Assembly (NCBI GenBank): GCA_000990585.1
Contig: LBQD01000001.1
Span: forward strand, 207,276 to 271,275
DNA: 64,000 bases
Direction of reading: 5' to 3'
Source: Candidatus Moranbacteria bacterium GW2011_GWE2_35_2-
Lineage (GTDB): Bacteria > Patescibacteriota > Minisyncoccia > Moranbacterales > UBA9337
Shown one piece after another: positions 26,268 through 37,095 of the stretch; position 1 is the first letter of the stretch; each line of letters starts with the position of its first letter. The translations under genes and the position numbers were made by a program. The notes below the pieces were generated by a model that ran no database searches, was not told the DNA's origin, and saw only the letters and a program-made list of their open reading frames with translations.

Positions 26268-27890
26268 CTAATCAATTCTCTGTTCACTTGGAATTCCAAA
26301 AATTTTCATCCAAATTGATTTCTTAAAATCATAAAACTCTTCAATTCCAAAATAATAACAACTAAGAAGGAAAACAGCAACTCCGACAGATCCGGAAATA
26401 ATAATTTGAAACAAAACTTCTGCCAACGTATCCAAGGAAATAAAATTTCCCAAATAATACCTTGTCAATTGGATAACTACTCCGGCCACCAGCGAAGAAA
26501 ATCCGATTTTAAAAAATGAAGAAATAATTTTTCTATCATCCAAATATCCAACTTTTTTTCGCAGGACAAAAATCAATAAGAGCATATTCAAAATTCCGGA
26601 AATAGAAAAAGCGATCGCCAAACTCATTATCTGAAAATCTCTTATTAATAAAATCACTAATAAAATATTCACCGCCTCACTTACTAATGCAACATAAAAA
26701 GGAATTTTTGTATCGCAAATCGCATAAAAAGATCTTGCTAAAAGCGGAATCAAGCTTTGCGCGAAAAGACTGATTGATAAAATTCCCAATACATTTAAAG
26801 TTTTTACCGTATCTTCCCAATCAAATTGACCACCACCCAAAATTGCCCGCACAATTTCCGCTCGCAAAACAAAAATAAAAACACTCATTGGAATTACGAA
26901 AAATATTATCCGACGAAAAGTTCGAGAAAAAATTCTCACAAATTCCTGCTGATTTTCTTTTCCAGTCGCACTACTCAAATGCGGAAAAGCGGCAACAGCA
27001 AAAGATATTCCGAAAAGTCCCAAGGGAACACTCTGGATATTATTGGCAAAATTAAAAACCGCCAAACTTCCTGCCGCCAAAGTTGATGCAAAAATTGTAA
27101 TTATCAGCAAATTAATTTGATTAACAGCCATTCCCAAGCTTCTTGGAATCATCAATGCAAGCACCTTTCTTACATTTTTATCACATATTGATTTTGCCAA
27201 TGAAAAGCTGTATTTGAATCCAACCTTCTTGGCTGCCGGATATTGAATCAGCATATGGAAAAAAGCGCCTAAAACCACTCCCCACGCCAAACCGATTGGT
27301 CCCCAAAAATGCACAAAAACCAAAGCTCCGAAAATGATTCCGGCATTATACATTATCGGAGCCAATGAATACACTAAAAATCTCTTATATGAAACCAAAA
27401 TACCTCCAAAAACAGCGCTGATTCCCAAAAAAAGCGGACTCAAAAACATAATCCGTGTAAAATCGACCACTTCTCTCATTTTTTCCGGAGAAAATCCCGG
27501 TGTGATAAGTTTTATCACAAAAGGGGCAAAAATAACCAAAACCAAAGATATCGCCGCAATCGAAGCTGCTAACAATGTTATTACTCCGGAAGATAATATT
27601 ATCGCTTCCTCTTTTTTCTTACCTGCAACTAAATGTGTAAATACTGGAATAAAAGCCGCACTGAGCGCCCCAACAACCAAAAGATTATATATCAGGTCCG
27701 GAATACGAAAAGCTGCATAATACACATCTAAAACATCTCCGGCACCAAATTGAGATGCTAAAATTCTATCCCGTACTAAACCTAAAACTCTACTCACTAT
27801 TCCTGCAATAGAAATAACCAAAGCGGCACCCGCCACTGTTTCGACGGGACAGCCGTTCAAAATTTTATTATTGATTATTTTTTTAATCAT
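26268..27890 (-). CDS. murJ: Lipid II flippase MurJ
   Basis: SRVLGLVRDRILA, AAFRIPD, GALSAAFIPVF; multi-TM. Confidence 0.95.
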   Translation of the reverse strand: MIKKIINNKILNGCPVETVAGAALVISIAGIVSRVLGLVRDRILASQFGAGDVLDVYYAAFRIPDLIYNLLVVGALSAAFIPVFTHLVAGKKKEEAIILSSGVITLLAASIAAISLVLVIFAPFVIKLITPGFSPEKMREVVDFTRIMFLSPLFLGISAVFGGILVSYKRFLVYSLAPIMYNAGIIFGALVFVHFWGPIGLAWGVVLGAFFHMLIQYPAAKKVGFKYSFSLAKSICDKNVRKVLALMIPRSLGMAVNQINLLIITIFASTLAAGSLAVFNFANNIQSVPLGLFGISFAVAAFPHLSSATGKENQQEFVRIFSRTFRRIIFFVIPMSVFIFVLRAEIVRAILGGGQFDWEDTVKTLNVLGILSISLFAQSLIPLLARSFYAICDTKIPFYVALVSEAVNILLVILLIRDFQIMSLAIAFSISGILNMLLLIFVLRKKVGYLDDRKIISSFFKIGFSSLVAGVVIQLTRYYLGNFISLDTLAEVLFQIIISGSVGVAVFLLSCYYFGIEEFYDFKKSIWMKIFGIPSEQRID

Positions 27891-28001
27891 ATCCCCCTAA
27901 ATTTATCAAAAATAATCCGCACTGAATCCAAAAACCATCCAATTCAATATACTATACTTACCTATATAAATCAATCGAACAAGCCAGTTTTAATATTCCT
28001 T

Positions 28002-30533
28002 TTATTTTACTTTCATTTTATCGTTAATTATCACCAATCCAGAAAAATTATCAACATTCAACTTTCCACCTTGTTTCAAAATTCCATTTTCATTTACGAT
28101 ATTTTCCGGATATTTCCATTCAATATCATATCCGTCCGGATATTTAATCTGTGAGGAAAAATCGCTTCCGCGACTTCCGGATTGTTTTTGCGCAAGCAAA
28201 GAATATGAATTTACAAAACCATCCTGAAAATCCAATCGAAAAGGCAACACGTATTTTAATCTAACGACTATATTTTCTTGCGGACTTACATATGTCCAAA
28301 AAGCAAAAACTGTTTTTTCCGCATCCTGATATGTCCTAACTCCGTCTTCCTGATTAATAATCATATTATCCTCTTCTTTCTTTACATCAACATCTTCCTT
28401 GAATTTCAATACACTATAATCCAATGACGCTTGACTAAATTCCACTGTTTGTCCGTCAATTTCCAATAATCGAGAGCCAACCGGAACGTAAACGCGCATA
28501 TAATTACTATTCACCTTATTCCACCAATCATATTGACTATTTCCTCCATTATGCTTTCTGGTTATTTCCACCGTATCAATAATCGAACCGTCGACTTGAA
28601 TTTCCGCTTTATGTTCGATTTTTTCATCAACCACCCCATCAGTTTTATACCCATTAATGTTGGTATTAATCACGCTCAAATAATCTCCTTGAGTTTGTAA
28701 AATTTCTCCTGACCATCCTCTTTGAGAAATCATATTCTGCAAATCTTCATTTCGAGAATAAAAAAGAATATGCTTTTCCTCCAAAGATTGTATTAAAACT
28801 TCCAGAGCGCCCAGGATAACCCTCGGATCAGTTGAATCTGTCAAACGTTTTAAAATTATCGGCGCCAAATCGGAAAGAATCTTTTTTGGCTTATTTTCCT
28901 TTTTATCATAATCAATCTCCACTTCAAATTGCGTTTTCTCAACAAAATTATCACTTGTCAAAACAGTTTCATATTCCGGCATTTCAATCGGACCCACAAG
29001 TGCCAACAATTTTTCCATAGTATACGGAGTAAGAGTAATAACTCCATCAACCGTCGGCCCTCCGGTTTTCTCATAGAACAAAATGGCTTTTTCCGCACTC
29101 ACCGGAAAATCCGGAAACCAATTGCTGTCATGCAGACTCCACGCCGCGCTGATTTTTTGAACAGGCTTAGGTGGAACAATTTTATCCCTAAGTTGACCAT
29201 CGGGATTAAAAATTCCATCAATAAAAAAGTTATCAACATTTCCATTACTAATTTCCAATAATCCATAACTTCCGATAAATCCGCCGGTCGCTCTCATTTC
29301 ATTATTATTTTGAAAAAGAAAAAGATATTTTCGCAAACCATTACCTCCTAATAAATCAATAAAAATATGACTATTTTCCGATAAAAGCGCGATCGCATTT
29401 GTAAAAATAACCGCCTTGGATTTAGTTTCAACAAATTTCTCCCTCTTGTCTTCCGGTAAGTCATCGACTTTAACCAAATCGATTTTTTTTTGAGCTTTTT
29501 TCAAGTCTGACATAGCCAAATCCAAATTTTCCCGAACAGATAGAAAAATATCCAATAAGGAGGTATTTTTCAAATCTTCCGGTTTACTTTTGAAATGATA
29601 TATTTTTTCCGTCGCCAAATTCAAATTTTTTCCGGCAGATGAAAAATACTCTCCCGCTTCAACTATATTCTTTCCACTGGATAATTTAGATGCGAACGGC
29701 AAATACTTGGAAGCGGATATTATCGCACCCCCCAACTCTTCCATTTCCTCGGAAGCTTGCGCAAAATTATTCCTAGCATCTTCAAAATTATTTATAGAAG
29801 CCTCAAAATCGTTGTTTTTTATATTCTCAACCGCTTGCATAATATTTTCATATGCCTGATCGCCCGCTTCCATAGCGTTACTCTTCACTTTTATTCCCTT
29901 ATCCAAAAATGAAGTCCCTCCAACAATCGTAATCGCCATAAACCCGCTACCGACAAAAGCCAGTAGTGATCTTTTGAAATTAAACCCAAAAGAAAGACGC
30001 GCCGGCAAAAATAAATCTCGCAAAGAAAATTTACACTCGGCAGCATCCGCACGATGAAAAAAACTCCTGCTTTTCGTTTTTATTTCTATATTTTTGTGTT
30101 TGTTTTTTTTTGCATTCAATTCTTCCCTTGTCCTTATGCTCTCATTTATTTTTTCATTCTTGCAAATTTCCACTTTTGTTCTGATGACATCTTCTTTCAC
30201 AGTTTGGATGCAATTTTCTTTGCTTAAACAAACCGCGACCGGAACCTTTTTAATGGCTAATTTTTTTTCTCCCAGCACGCTACGCAAACTTTTTTTTATT
30301 TTTGTTCCCGCATCTTTTCTGCCTGTTTCAAATTGCCACGTTTTCTCATCAACACCTGAGATATGGATTTTCTTTCCGAAATAAAAACTTTCATTATTTT
30401 TTGAAGTATATCTCCAATTTTTTCGCACTTTATAAATTTTTTTCCAATTCAAACCGCCGCCACGTAAGGACGGACGAATATCAAACATTTGAGGAATTAT
30501 GTTATTTTTTTTATTTTTCATTAACTCCTGCAA
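28002..30533 (-). CDS. DUF4012-type membrane-anchored protein
   Basis: YLFLFQNNNEMRATGGFIGS, DSNWFPDFP, YMRVYVP, QKQSG. Confidence 0.8.
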   Translation of the reverse strand: MQELMKNKKNNIIPQMFDIRPSLRGGGLNWKKIYKVRKNWRYTSKNNESFYFGKKIHISGVDEKTWQFETGRKDAGTKIKKSLRSVLGEKKLAIKKVPVAVCLSKENCIQTVKEDVIRTKVEICKNEKINESIRTREELNAKKNKHKNIEIKTKSRSFFHRADAAECKFSLRDLFLPARLSFGFNFKRSLLAFVGSGFMAITIVGGTSFLDKGIKVKSNAMEAGDQAYENIMQAVENIKNNDFEASINNFEDARNNFAQASEEMEELGGAIISASKYLPFASKLSSGKNIVEAGEYFSSAGKNLNLATEKIYHFKSKPEDLKNTSLLDIFLSVRENLDLAMSDLKKAQKKIDLVKVDDLPEDKREKFVETKSKAVIFTNAIALLSENSHIFIDLLGGNGLRKYLFLFQNNNEMRATGGFIGSYGLLEISNGNVDNFFIDGIFNPDGQLRDKIVPPKPVQKISAAWSLHDSNWFPDFPVSAEKAILFYEKTGGPTVDGVITLTPYTMEKLLALVGPIEMPEYETVLTSDNFVEKTQFEVEIDYDKKENKPKKILSDLAPIILKRLTDSTDPRVILGALEVLIQSLEEKHILFYSRNEDLQNMISQRGWSGEILQTQGDYLSVINTNINGYKTDGVVDEKIEHKAEIQVDGSIIDTVEITRKHNGGNSQYDWWNKVNSNYMRVYVPVGSRLLEIDGQTVEFSQASLDYSVLKFKEDVDVKKEEDNMIINQEDGVRTYQDAEKTVFAFWTYVSPQENIVVRLKYVLPFRLDFQDGFVNSYSLLAQKQSGSRGSDFSSQIKYPDGYDIEWKYPENIVNENGILKQGGKLNVDNFSGLVIINDKMKVK

Positions 30534-30575
30534 AAATACAAAATCTCTATAAGCCTAAAAACTGCAACAAACTAT

Positions 30576-31697
30576 TTATACTTTTTCATATATTTTCAAA
30601 GTTTTTTCTGCCATTTTTTTCCAGCTGTATTTTTTTATCTGCTCGTATCCTTTTTTAACCAAATCAATTCTCAACTTTGAATCCATATAGATAGTCCGCA
30701 TTTTCTCTTCCATATCAAATCGATTTCTACCGTCAAAAAACAACGCACTATCTCCAAGAATTTCTTTCATACATTTATGATCCGATGATACTACCGGGAC
30801 ACCCTTTGCCATCGCTTCAAGCGGAGGAAGCCCAAATCCCTCATACAAAGAAGGGAAAACATACGCGTTAGATGAATAATACACTGCATCCAACTCACAA
30901 TCCGGAATAAATCCCGGAAATACTACGCCAGAAATTTTTTTCTGCTTCACCTGTTCCTTTATCTTTCGATAAAAATAATCATCTTTTCCCACTAAAACCA
31001 AATTAATTTCTGGATTTTCTTGTCTCAAATAAGCAAATGCCGAAACTAATCCATCCAAATTTTTATGCGGATAAGCATTACCAACATACATCAAATATGG
31101 TTTTATTATACCATATTTTTCCAAAATTCTTTCCTTGTTCTCACTTGCCAAAAAACAGAAGTCTTCACAAGCTTCATAAGTAACACGGATTTTCCCTCGC
31201 GCTTGCGGATAATGATTTTCAATGTCATTTTTCGTGAACTCGGAAACAGTGATTATTCTTTTCGCCCGCTCAATCGCCGATTTGATTACAATTTTGTAAG
31301 CCAAGAATTTCAACCAGTAAAAAAAAGGACTGAGTGTTGTTCCAAGAATCGTCGGGAAATGCACTAAAATCAAATCATGAATGGTTATTACAAACTTTTT
31401 TCGATACAAAAGCGGAACATTGAAATGCGGAAAATGGACCAAATCCAAATTATATTTTTTCAGTAAACGAGACATATTAATCTGCTCAGAAAAAGTGTAC
31501 CAGCGATAGTCCGCCAAAATCTTGTGAAATTTTTCATTTCTCGGTTGGTATTCGTTGAAATTTTCTTTGCGTAAAAAAATATAATACTCATTTTGAGCAT
31601 CCGTTTTTTCCAAGTTCTCAATCAATTTTTGCGTGTATCTTCCAAGTCCCTTGCCGATAGACCCAAAAAAACGCGCGTCAATTCCAATCTTTTTCAT
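30576..31697 (-). CDS. Glycosyltransferase family 4
   Basis: IGIDAR, TIHDL, PHKNL, FPSLYEGFGLPPLEAM. Confidence 0.92.
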   Translation of the reverse strand: MKKIGIDARFFGSIGKGLGRYTQKLIENLEKTDAQNEYYIFLRKENFNEYQPRNEKFHKILADYRWYTFSEQINMSRLLKKYNLDLVHFPHFNVPLLYRKKFVITIHDLILVHFPTILGTTLSPFFYWLKFLAYKIVIKSAIERAKRIITVSEFTKNDIENHYPQARGKIRVTYEACEDFCFLASENKERILEKYGIIKPYLMYVGNAYPHKNLDGLVSAFAYLRQENPEINLVLVGKDDYFYRKIKEQVKQKKISGVVFPGFIPDCELDAVYYSSNAYVFPSLYEGFGLPPLEAMAKGVPVVSSDHKCMKEILGDSALFFDGRNRFDMEEKMRTIYMDSKLRIDLVKKGYEQIKKYSWKKMAEKTLKIYEKV

Positions 31698-31800
31698 ATC
31701 CCCATTCTACATCATTTTTTCAATATTTTGAAATAAAAAAAAGACAGAATTTCAAGTCCTGTCTTTTATGAAAGAAAAAATATATTAAATCCTATTATGA

Positions 31801-32715
31801 TTATTTTTTCAAATATTTTGAAATGCTTGACGCAGCGATGGCTCCTTCGGCGGCGGCGGTGACAATTTGCTTGAATTTATCCGATCCGGTTGTAATATCC
31901 CCAGCTGCCCAAATTCCTTTTTCAGTTGTCCTGCCATCCGATTCTATTTTAATATGCCCATCTTCATCCAAATCGATATTCAAATTTTCCACCAAATTTA
32001 CATTCGGTTCCAACCCGATTTCCACAAAAACTCCGTCTATTTTCAAAACATCACTGTCTTTAAAAAAATTGTCTAAAATAATTTCTTTCACTTTTTCATT
32101 TCCTTTTATTTCTTTAATATTCGTATTATATAAAACTTCTATTTTTTCATTTTTCAACACGGATTGAACCCAAAAATCTTCCGCGCGCAATTTGTCTTTT
32201 CGATAAATCAAGAAAACTTTTTCCGCGATTGACGCCAGATGTAAAGCCGCACTTGCGGCACTATCAGATCCTCCAACAACCGCTACTTTCTTTCCACGAT
32301 AAAAAAAACCGTCGCACGTGGCGCAATAAGAAACTCCTTTACCGGAAAATTCTTTTTCTCCCGCAACTCTCAAATGTCGATGCTTTGTCCCCATTGCTAA
32401 AAGAACGGCTCTGGCTTCCAATTTTTCTCCACTTTTCAAAAACAAAACAAAATTATCCCCATTTTTCTCTATCTCATCCACTTCGGCGGTTTTTATTTCC
32501 GCCTGTAAAGATTTTACGTGCTCAATAGCTTTTTGTGCAAACTCAAAACCGCTGATTTTTTGTGTCCCCAGCCAATTACCAATTTCATGAGTTTCCGTAA
32601 CCAGACCACCGGAAATACCTCCAATAATAATGTTCTTTATTCCATAACGAGACGCATACACCGACGCGGAAAGACCTGCCGGACCGGCCCCGATAATCGC
32701 CAAATCATATCGCAT
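31801..32715 (-). CDS. trxB: Thioredoxin reductase
   Basis: IIGAGPAG, GVSYCATCDG, VVGGSDSA, AAGD. Confidence 0.92.
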   Translation of the reverse strand: MRYDLAIIGAGPAGLSASVYASRYGIKNIIIGGISGGLVTETHEIGNWLGTQKISGFEFAQKAIEHVKSLQAEIKTAEVDEIEKNGDNFVLFLKSGEKLEARAVLLAMGTKHRHLRVAGEKEFSGKGVSYCATCDGFFYRGKKVAVVGGSDSAASAALHLASIAEKVFLIYRKDKLRAEDFWVQSVLKNEKIEVLYNTNIKEIKGNEKVKEIILDNFFKDSDVLKIDGVFVEIGLEPNVNLVENLNIDLDEDGHIKIESDGRTTEKGIWAAGDITTGSDKFKQIVTAAAEGAIAASSISKYLKK

Positions 32716-32721
32716 AATAAT

Positions 32722-34131
32722 TTATCTGTCTTTTAAATCATTAACCGCCTTTCGAAATCTGTCTCCCCGCTCAAATTCATTTGCGAACAAACCAAAACTT
32801 GCCGCCCCCGGAGAAAGTAAAACGATATCATCTTTCTGGGCGCTACGAGAAGCAAATTCAACTGCCTTATCCATAGAATCAACTATAATAAATTTATTAT
32901 TTCTATCTTCTTCGGGAAGATTTTTTCTTATTTCTAAAATCAATTTATCTGTCGCATCTCCTGCTAAGAATATTATTCCTTTTGAGTACTCTACTATTTC
33001 TTTCGCAAGTTCGGAAAAATCCAAATTTTTATCCGCCCCACCCGCAATCAATATCACTTCTCTTCCTTCAAAAGAATTGATAGCGGAAATTGCCGCTTGA
33101 GGGATGGTTGCCGCCGTATCATTATAGTACCTGACACCACGAAGCTCTCTAACAAACTCCAAACGATGAGGAATTCCTTTTAATTTCAAAATTGCCTCCT
33201 TTATTTGAGGCACCTTAATTCCAAAAGCATAAACAGCTCCGATAGCCGCCATCACATTAACAATACTATGTCTTCCGATAATTTTTATATCATCCAATAC
33301 TGCCAACTTTTTAATATCGATTCCATCGTTCAAATACATATTATCACCATCCAAAAAAACGGAATAATTTTTTCTAATCGGTTTTTCCGAAAAAGAAAAA
33401 ATTCTCGCTTTCGCATCTTGAATTATTTCTTGCACTTTTTCATCATCATCATTAACAATCAGCCAATCTTTCGATTTCTGATTGGCAAAAATATTCTTTT
33501 TATCATCAACGTATTCCTGCATCGACTTATAATAATTTAAGTGATCAGGAAGGATGTTTTTTAATACTGCAATTTGTGGACTTTTTCCAATTCTTCCCAA
33601 AGCACTGAGCCGCCAACTGGAAAGTTCAAAAACTACCACGCTATTCTTTTTTAATTCTTCCAATTTATCCAAAACTGAAGCATTTCCGATTCCAACCTTA
33701 ATTGGATTTTTTCCCACCAATTTTAACAAATCAAAAACCATCGTAGAGATGGTGGTTTTTCCTTTCGTTCCAGTAATCCCAATAATCGGATTCTTGCACA
33801 ATTGAAAAAATAAACTAGAATCCATTTCTACCGGAATCTTTTTTTCCATTGCCAATTTTATATATTTATTCGTCCAACTCACAGCCGGATTTATAATCAC
33901 CATATCAACCTTCAAAAAATCCTCTTGCCGATGATGACCAAGTATATATTTGATATTTTTTATTCCTTCCAATTTAGCCAGAGAAGGAGCTAGCTGCTCT
34001 TTTGATTTCATGTCCGTAACGATAACGTGAGCACCGTGTTTTGCAAGAAATTTAACCACACCCAAACCTCCGCCCAAAAGCCCTAATCCCAGGACGGTTA
34101 TTTTTTTTCCTTTAAAATATGAAACATCCAT
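32722..34131 (-). CDS. murD: UDP-N-acetylmuramoyl-L-alanine--D-glutamate ligase
   Basis: GITGTKGKTT, ELSSW, DHLNYY, HRLE, LLSPGAASF. Confidence 0.93.
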   Translation of the reverse strand: MDVSYFKGKKITVLGLGLLGGGLGVVKFLAKHGAHVIVTDMKSKEQLAPSLAKLEGIKNIKYILGHHRQEDFLKVDMVIINPAVSWTNKYIKLAMEKKIPVEMDSSLFFQLCKNPIIGITGTKGKTTISTMVFDLLKLVGKNPIKVGIGNASVLDKLEELKKNSVVVFELSSWRLSALGRIGKSPQIAVLKNILPDHLNYYKSMQEYVDDKKNIFANQKSKDWLIVNDDDEKVQEIIQDAKARIFSFSEKPIRKNYSVFLDGDNMYLNDGIDIKKLAVLDDIKIIGRHSIVNVMAAIGAVYAFGIKVPQIKEAILKLKGIPHRLEFVRELRGVRYYNDTAATIPQAAISAINSFEGREVILIAGGADKNLDFSELAKEIVEYSKGIIFLAGDATDKLILEIRKNLPEEDRNNKFIIVDSMDKAVEFASRSAQKDDIVLLSPGAASFGLFANEFERGDRFRKAVNDLKDR

Positions 34132-34182
34132 AATAATCGTTTATTCCTACTAATTTTCCCTCAGTTCATTGTGCCAAAGACG

Positions 34183-35784
34183 TTAGAAAAAGTCAAAGTA
34201 TTTTTTGATATTTTTTGATCGGATTACTTCTCCTGCTCGCACACCTGTAAGACGCCCCTGATCCATAACAATTTTTCCATTAACAATTACATTTGTAATT
34301 CCAACACAATAACGATACGGGTTCTCAGTAGTCGCTAAATCCTCGATTTTTTCCGGATCAAAAACAACTACATCAGCAAAGTTTTCCACTTCCAGCGTTC
34401 CTCTTTTTTTCAATCCGAATTTTGCTGCCGGCTTACCGCTCATTTTATGTACTGCTTCTTCCCAACTTAATATTCTTTCCCCGCGCACATACTTGAAAAA
34501 CACGCGAGGAAATGATCCGAAGTTTCTCGGATGAACCAATTCGCCAGTTTTTTTATAATCAACGGAATATCCACTACCATTAGAAGAAATGATAGAAAAA
34601 GGATGTTGGATAGCTTTGACAATATTTTTTTCACTAAGTGCCTCTGTTATAGTTACTACCTGACCCTCGCTGGCAATCAAAATATCAACGATGGTTTCTT
34701 CAACGGATTTTCCCTGTGAAATAGCAATATCGGTGATTTTTTTTCTCGTAAGTGTCTTATTAAGAGGAGAAATGGAGATTGTTATTTTGGAAAAATCAAA
34801 TTTATTACTTCGCATTTCCGCAATCACCTGTCTTCTTGTCGTGGGATCTTTCAAACGATAAAGCATCATCTTTCTTCCTCCCTCAGAAACCCAATCAGGA
34901 AGAAAAATATATAATACCGAACCGGTAGCGGTATATGGATATACATCAAAATTAACATCAATTCCATTTCCTCTGGCAGTTTCCACTAAATTGATCGCTT
35001 CCGCCATTAAATGCCAATTTTCCTCCCCCATTACCTTTAAGTGGGATATTTGCATTTTCACTCCGGTTTTCTGAGAAACTTCAATAGCTTCTTCGATTGA
35101 TTCAATAAGATCTTTTCCTTCCCCTCGGATATGCGTGGCATATACTCCGTCATATTTTTTTACAATTTTTGCCAATTCCACTATTTCTTCCATCTTTGCT
35201 TGCTTAGCATGCGTATATACCAAACCAGTAGAAAATCCCAAAGCACCTTCTTTCATCGCTGATTTGAGCATTTTTTTCATTTTATCAAATTCTTCCTCTG
35301 TCATCTCCCGAACCTGATCCTGAATAACTCCACGACGCAAAGTTCCATGCCCCACTAAAGTAGAAAAGTTTACCGATAATTTCAGCGTCTCAACTTCTTT
35401 AAAAAAATCTTCCATACCGAGCCAATTGAAATTTATCTTATCGACATTTACCCATTTTTGAATAGAACGAATAATCTCTCGATCAACCAAAGGCGCCAAC
35501 GAAGATCCGCAATTTCCGCCAATAATAGTCGTAATTCCTTGATAAATCAAGCTTTCTAATTGAGGATTGATAAAAATTCTCCAATAAGTATCAGAATGAT
35601 TATTGACATCGACAAAACCGGGAACAACGTACTGTCCCCTCGCATCAATAGTTTTGTCAGCTTTTTCATTCTGAAGGTTTCCTATCTTTTGTATAAAACC
35701 TTCTTTTATTCCGATATCCGCCTTTTTCATCGGATCTCCCGTTCCATCGATGATAACTCCGTTTTTAATAATAATATCGTACAT
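34183..35784 (-). CDS. N-acyl-D-amino-acid deacylase family amidohydrolase (degenerate active site)
   Basis: PGFVDVNNHSD, GNCGSS, THIR, SHLK, DVYPY, HPRNFGSFPR. Confidence 0.85.
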   Translation of the reverse strand: MYDIIIKNGVIIDGTGDPMKKADIGIKEGFIQKIGNLQNEKADKTIDARGQYVVPGFVDVNNHSDTYWRIFINPQLESLIYQGITTIIGGNCGSSLAPLVDREIIRSIQKWVNVDKINFNWLGMEDFFKEVETLKLSVNFSTLVGHGTLRRGVIQDQVREMTEEEFDKMKKMLKSAMKEGALGFSTGLVYTHAKQAKMEEIVELAKIVKKYDGVYATHIRGEGKDLIESIEEAIEVSQKTGVKMQISHLKVMGEENWHLMAEAINLVETARGNGIDVNFDVYPYTATGSVLYIFLPDWVSEGGRKMMLYRLKDPTTRRQVIAEMRSNKFDFSKITISISPLNKTLTRKKITDIAISQGKSVEETIVDILIASEGQVVTITEALSEKNIVKAIQHPFSIISSNGSGYSVDYKKTGELVHPRNFGSFPRVFFKYVRGERILSWEEAVHKMSGKPAAKFGLKKRGTLEVENFADVVVFDPEKIEDLATTENPYRYCVGITNVIVNGKIVMDQGRLTGVRAGEVIRSKNIKKYFDFF

Positions 35785-35895
35785 TTTTATTTTTTGTTTT
35801 TTCTATTGTAATTTTAACCCTTAATAAGCGTTTTGGCAAATAAAAAATACAACTGAACAATTTTTCAAAAACAGAAAGTCATACAAAAAGATAAA

Positions 35896-36915
35896 TCAAC
35901 AAATTCGCGGGATTAATTTTCCTTTTGGCATTTCAATCGGACGCAAACTTCCTAAATTAGTTTTTAAATATACACCCCTTTCATTCCCCTTTTTAGTTCC
36001 CGTTTTTCCCTTTTCCACCCTCCCGATAACCTTTGCCTCCAAATTAAATCTTTGCAAAATCTTCAAAACTTTTTTAATATTTTTTGGAGAAACGCTGGCA
36101 ATAAATCTTCCTTCACTCGCCAAAGAAAAAACGTCCAATCCTAAGAGATTTGTTATCGCCATAACCTCCTTCTTATACGGCAAGCTTTTTTCTTCCAAAA
36201 CAACTTTCACTCCTGATTTTTCCGCCATCTCAACCAAATTCGCCGCCAACCCTCCGCGCGTTGGATCTTTACAAGCATTCAAATATTTTCCGACTTTTTC
36301 AATCTCCTTATTAAAAGGCTTGCTATCACTTTTTATTTTAGTTTTATAGTTGAATCTTTTTGCTAAAAGTGCTACTGTATGCTCTCCCAAATCACCGGAA
36401 GAAATAATATAGTCTCCATTTTTAATTCCATTGTTGGAAATTATATTATCCGCCAATCCAACTCCGGCAGTGGTAATCTCAATTTTGTCAATTTTTCCTT
36501 TTTCGCTCACTTTTGTGTCGCCCGTTACTACCGGTACGCCCGATTTTTTGGAAACCTCTGCGATTGATTGGACTATTTTTTGCAAATCACTTTTTGGAAA
36601 ACCTTCTTCAACCACGATACTGAGTGAAATTCCAATTGGATTGGCACCCATTACCGATAAATCATTGATCGTTCCGCTCATTGCAATTTTACCAATATCT
36701 CCACCCGGAAAAAATATCGGATCAACAATATACGCATCTGTTGTAAAAACTAATTTTTTATTACCTTTCAATTTAAAAACCGCTGCGTCATCTTCACAAT
36801 TATTCCATTTTTTATTCTTACTGGAAAAATCAAGGATCTTCCGAATTTCGGAAATCAACTCCCCTGATTTATATCCGCCATCACCCTCATCTAAAGTTAT
36901 ATTTTCATTTCGCAT
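35896..36915 (-). CDS. hypE: Hydrogenase maturation protein HypE
   Basis: FFPGGDIG, GTINDL, GDTKV, DPTRGG, C-terminal PRIC. Confidence 0.93.
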   Translation of the reverse strand: MRNENITLDEGDGGYKSGELISEIRKILDFSSKNKKWNNCEDDAAVFKLKGNKKLVFTTDAYIVDPIFFPGGDIGKIAMSGTINDLSVMGANPIGISLSIVVEEGFPKSDLQKIVQSIAEVSKKSGVPVVTGDTKVSEKGKIDKIEITTAGVGLADNIISNNGIKNGDYIISSGDLGEHTVALLAKRFNYKTKIKSDSKPFNKEIEKVGKYLNACKDPTRGGLAANLVEMAEKSGVKVVLEEKSLPYKKEVMAITNLLGLDVFSLASEGRFIASVSPKNIKKVLKILQRFNLEAKVIGRVEKGKTGTKKGNERGVYLKTNLGSLRPIEMPKGKLIPRIC

Positions 36916-37095
36916 AATAATGAATAAAAAAATACATTTTATTGGTTTGAATTCCAAATTATGATATGATTTTAACATAATCATAGTCGGGCTATAAATA
37001 TATCCTAACATTAAAACAATAAGATACCAACTAGACAAAAAGGTCTGCAGAAAAAAATTACATTACTATTGAATTATGAATTTTCAAAAATAACT

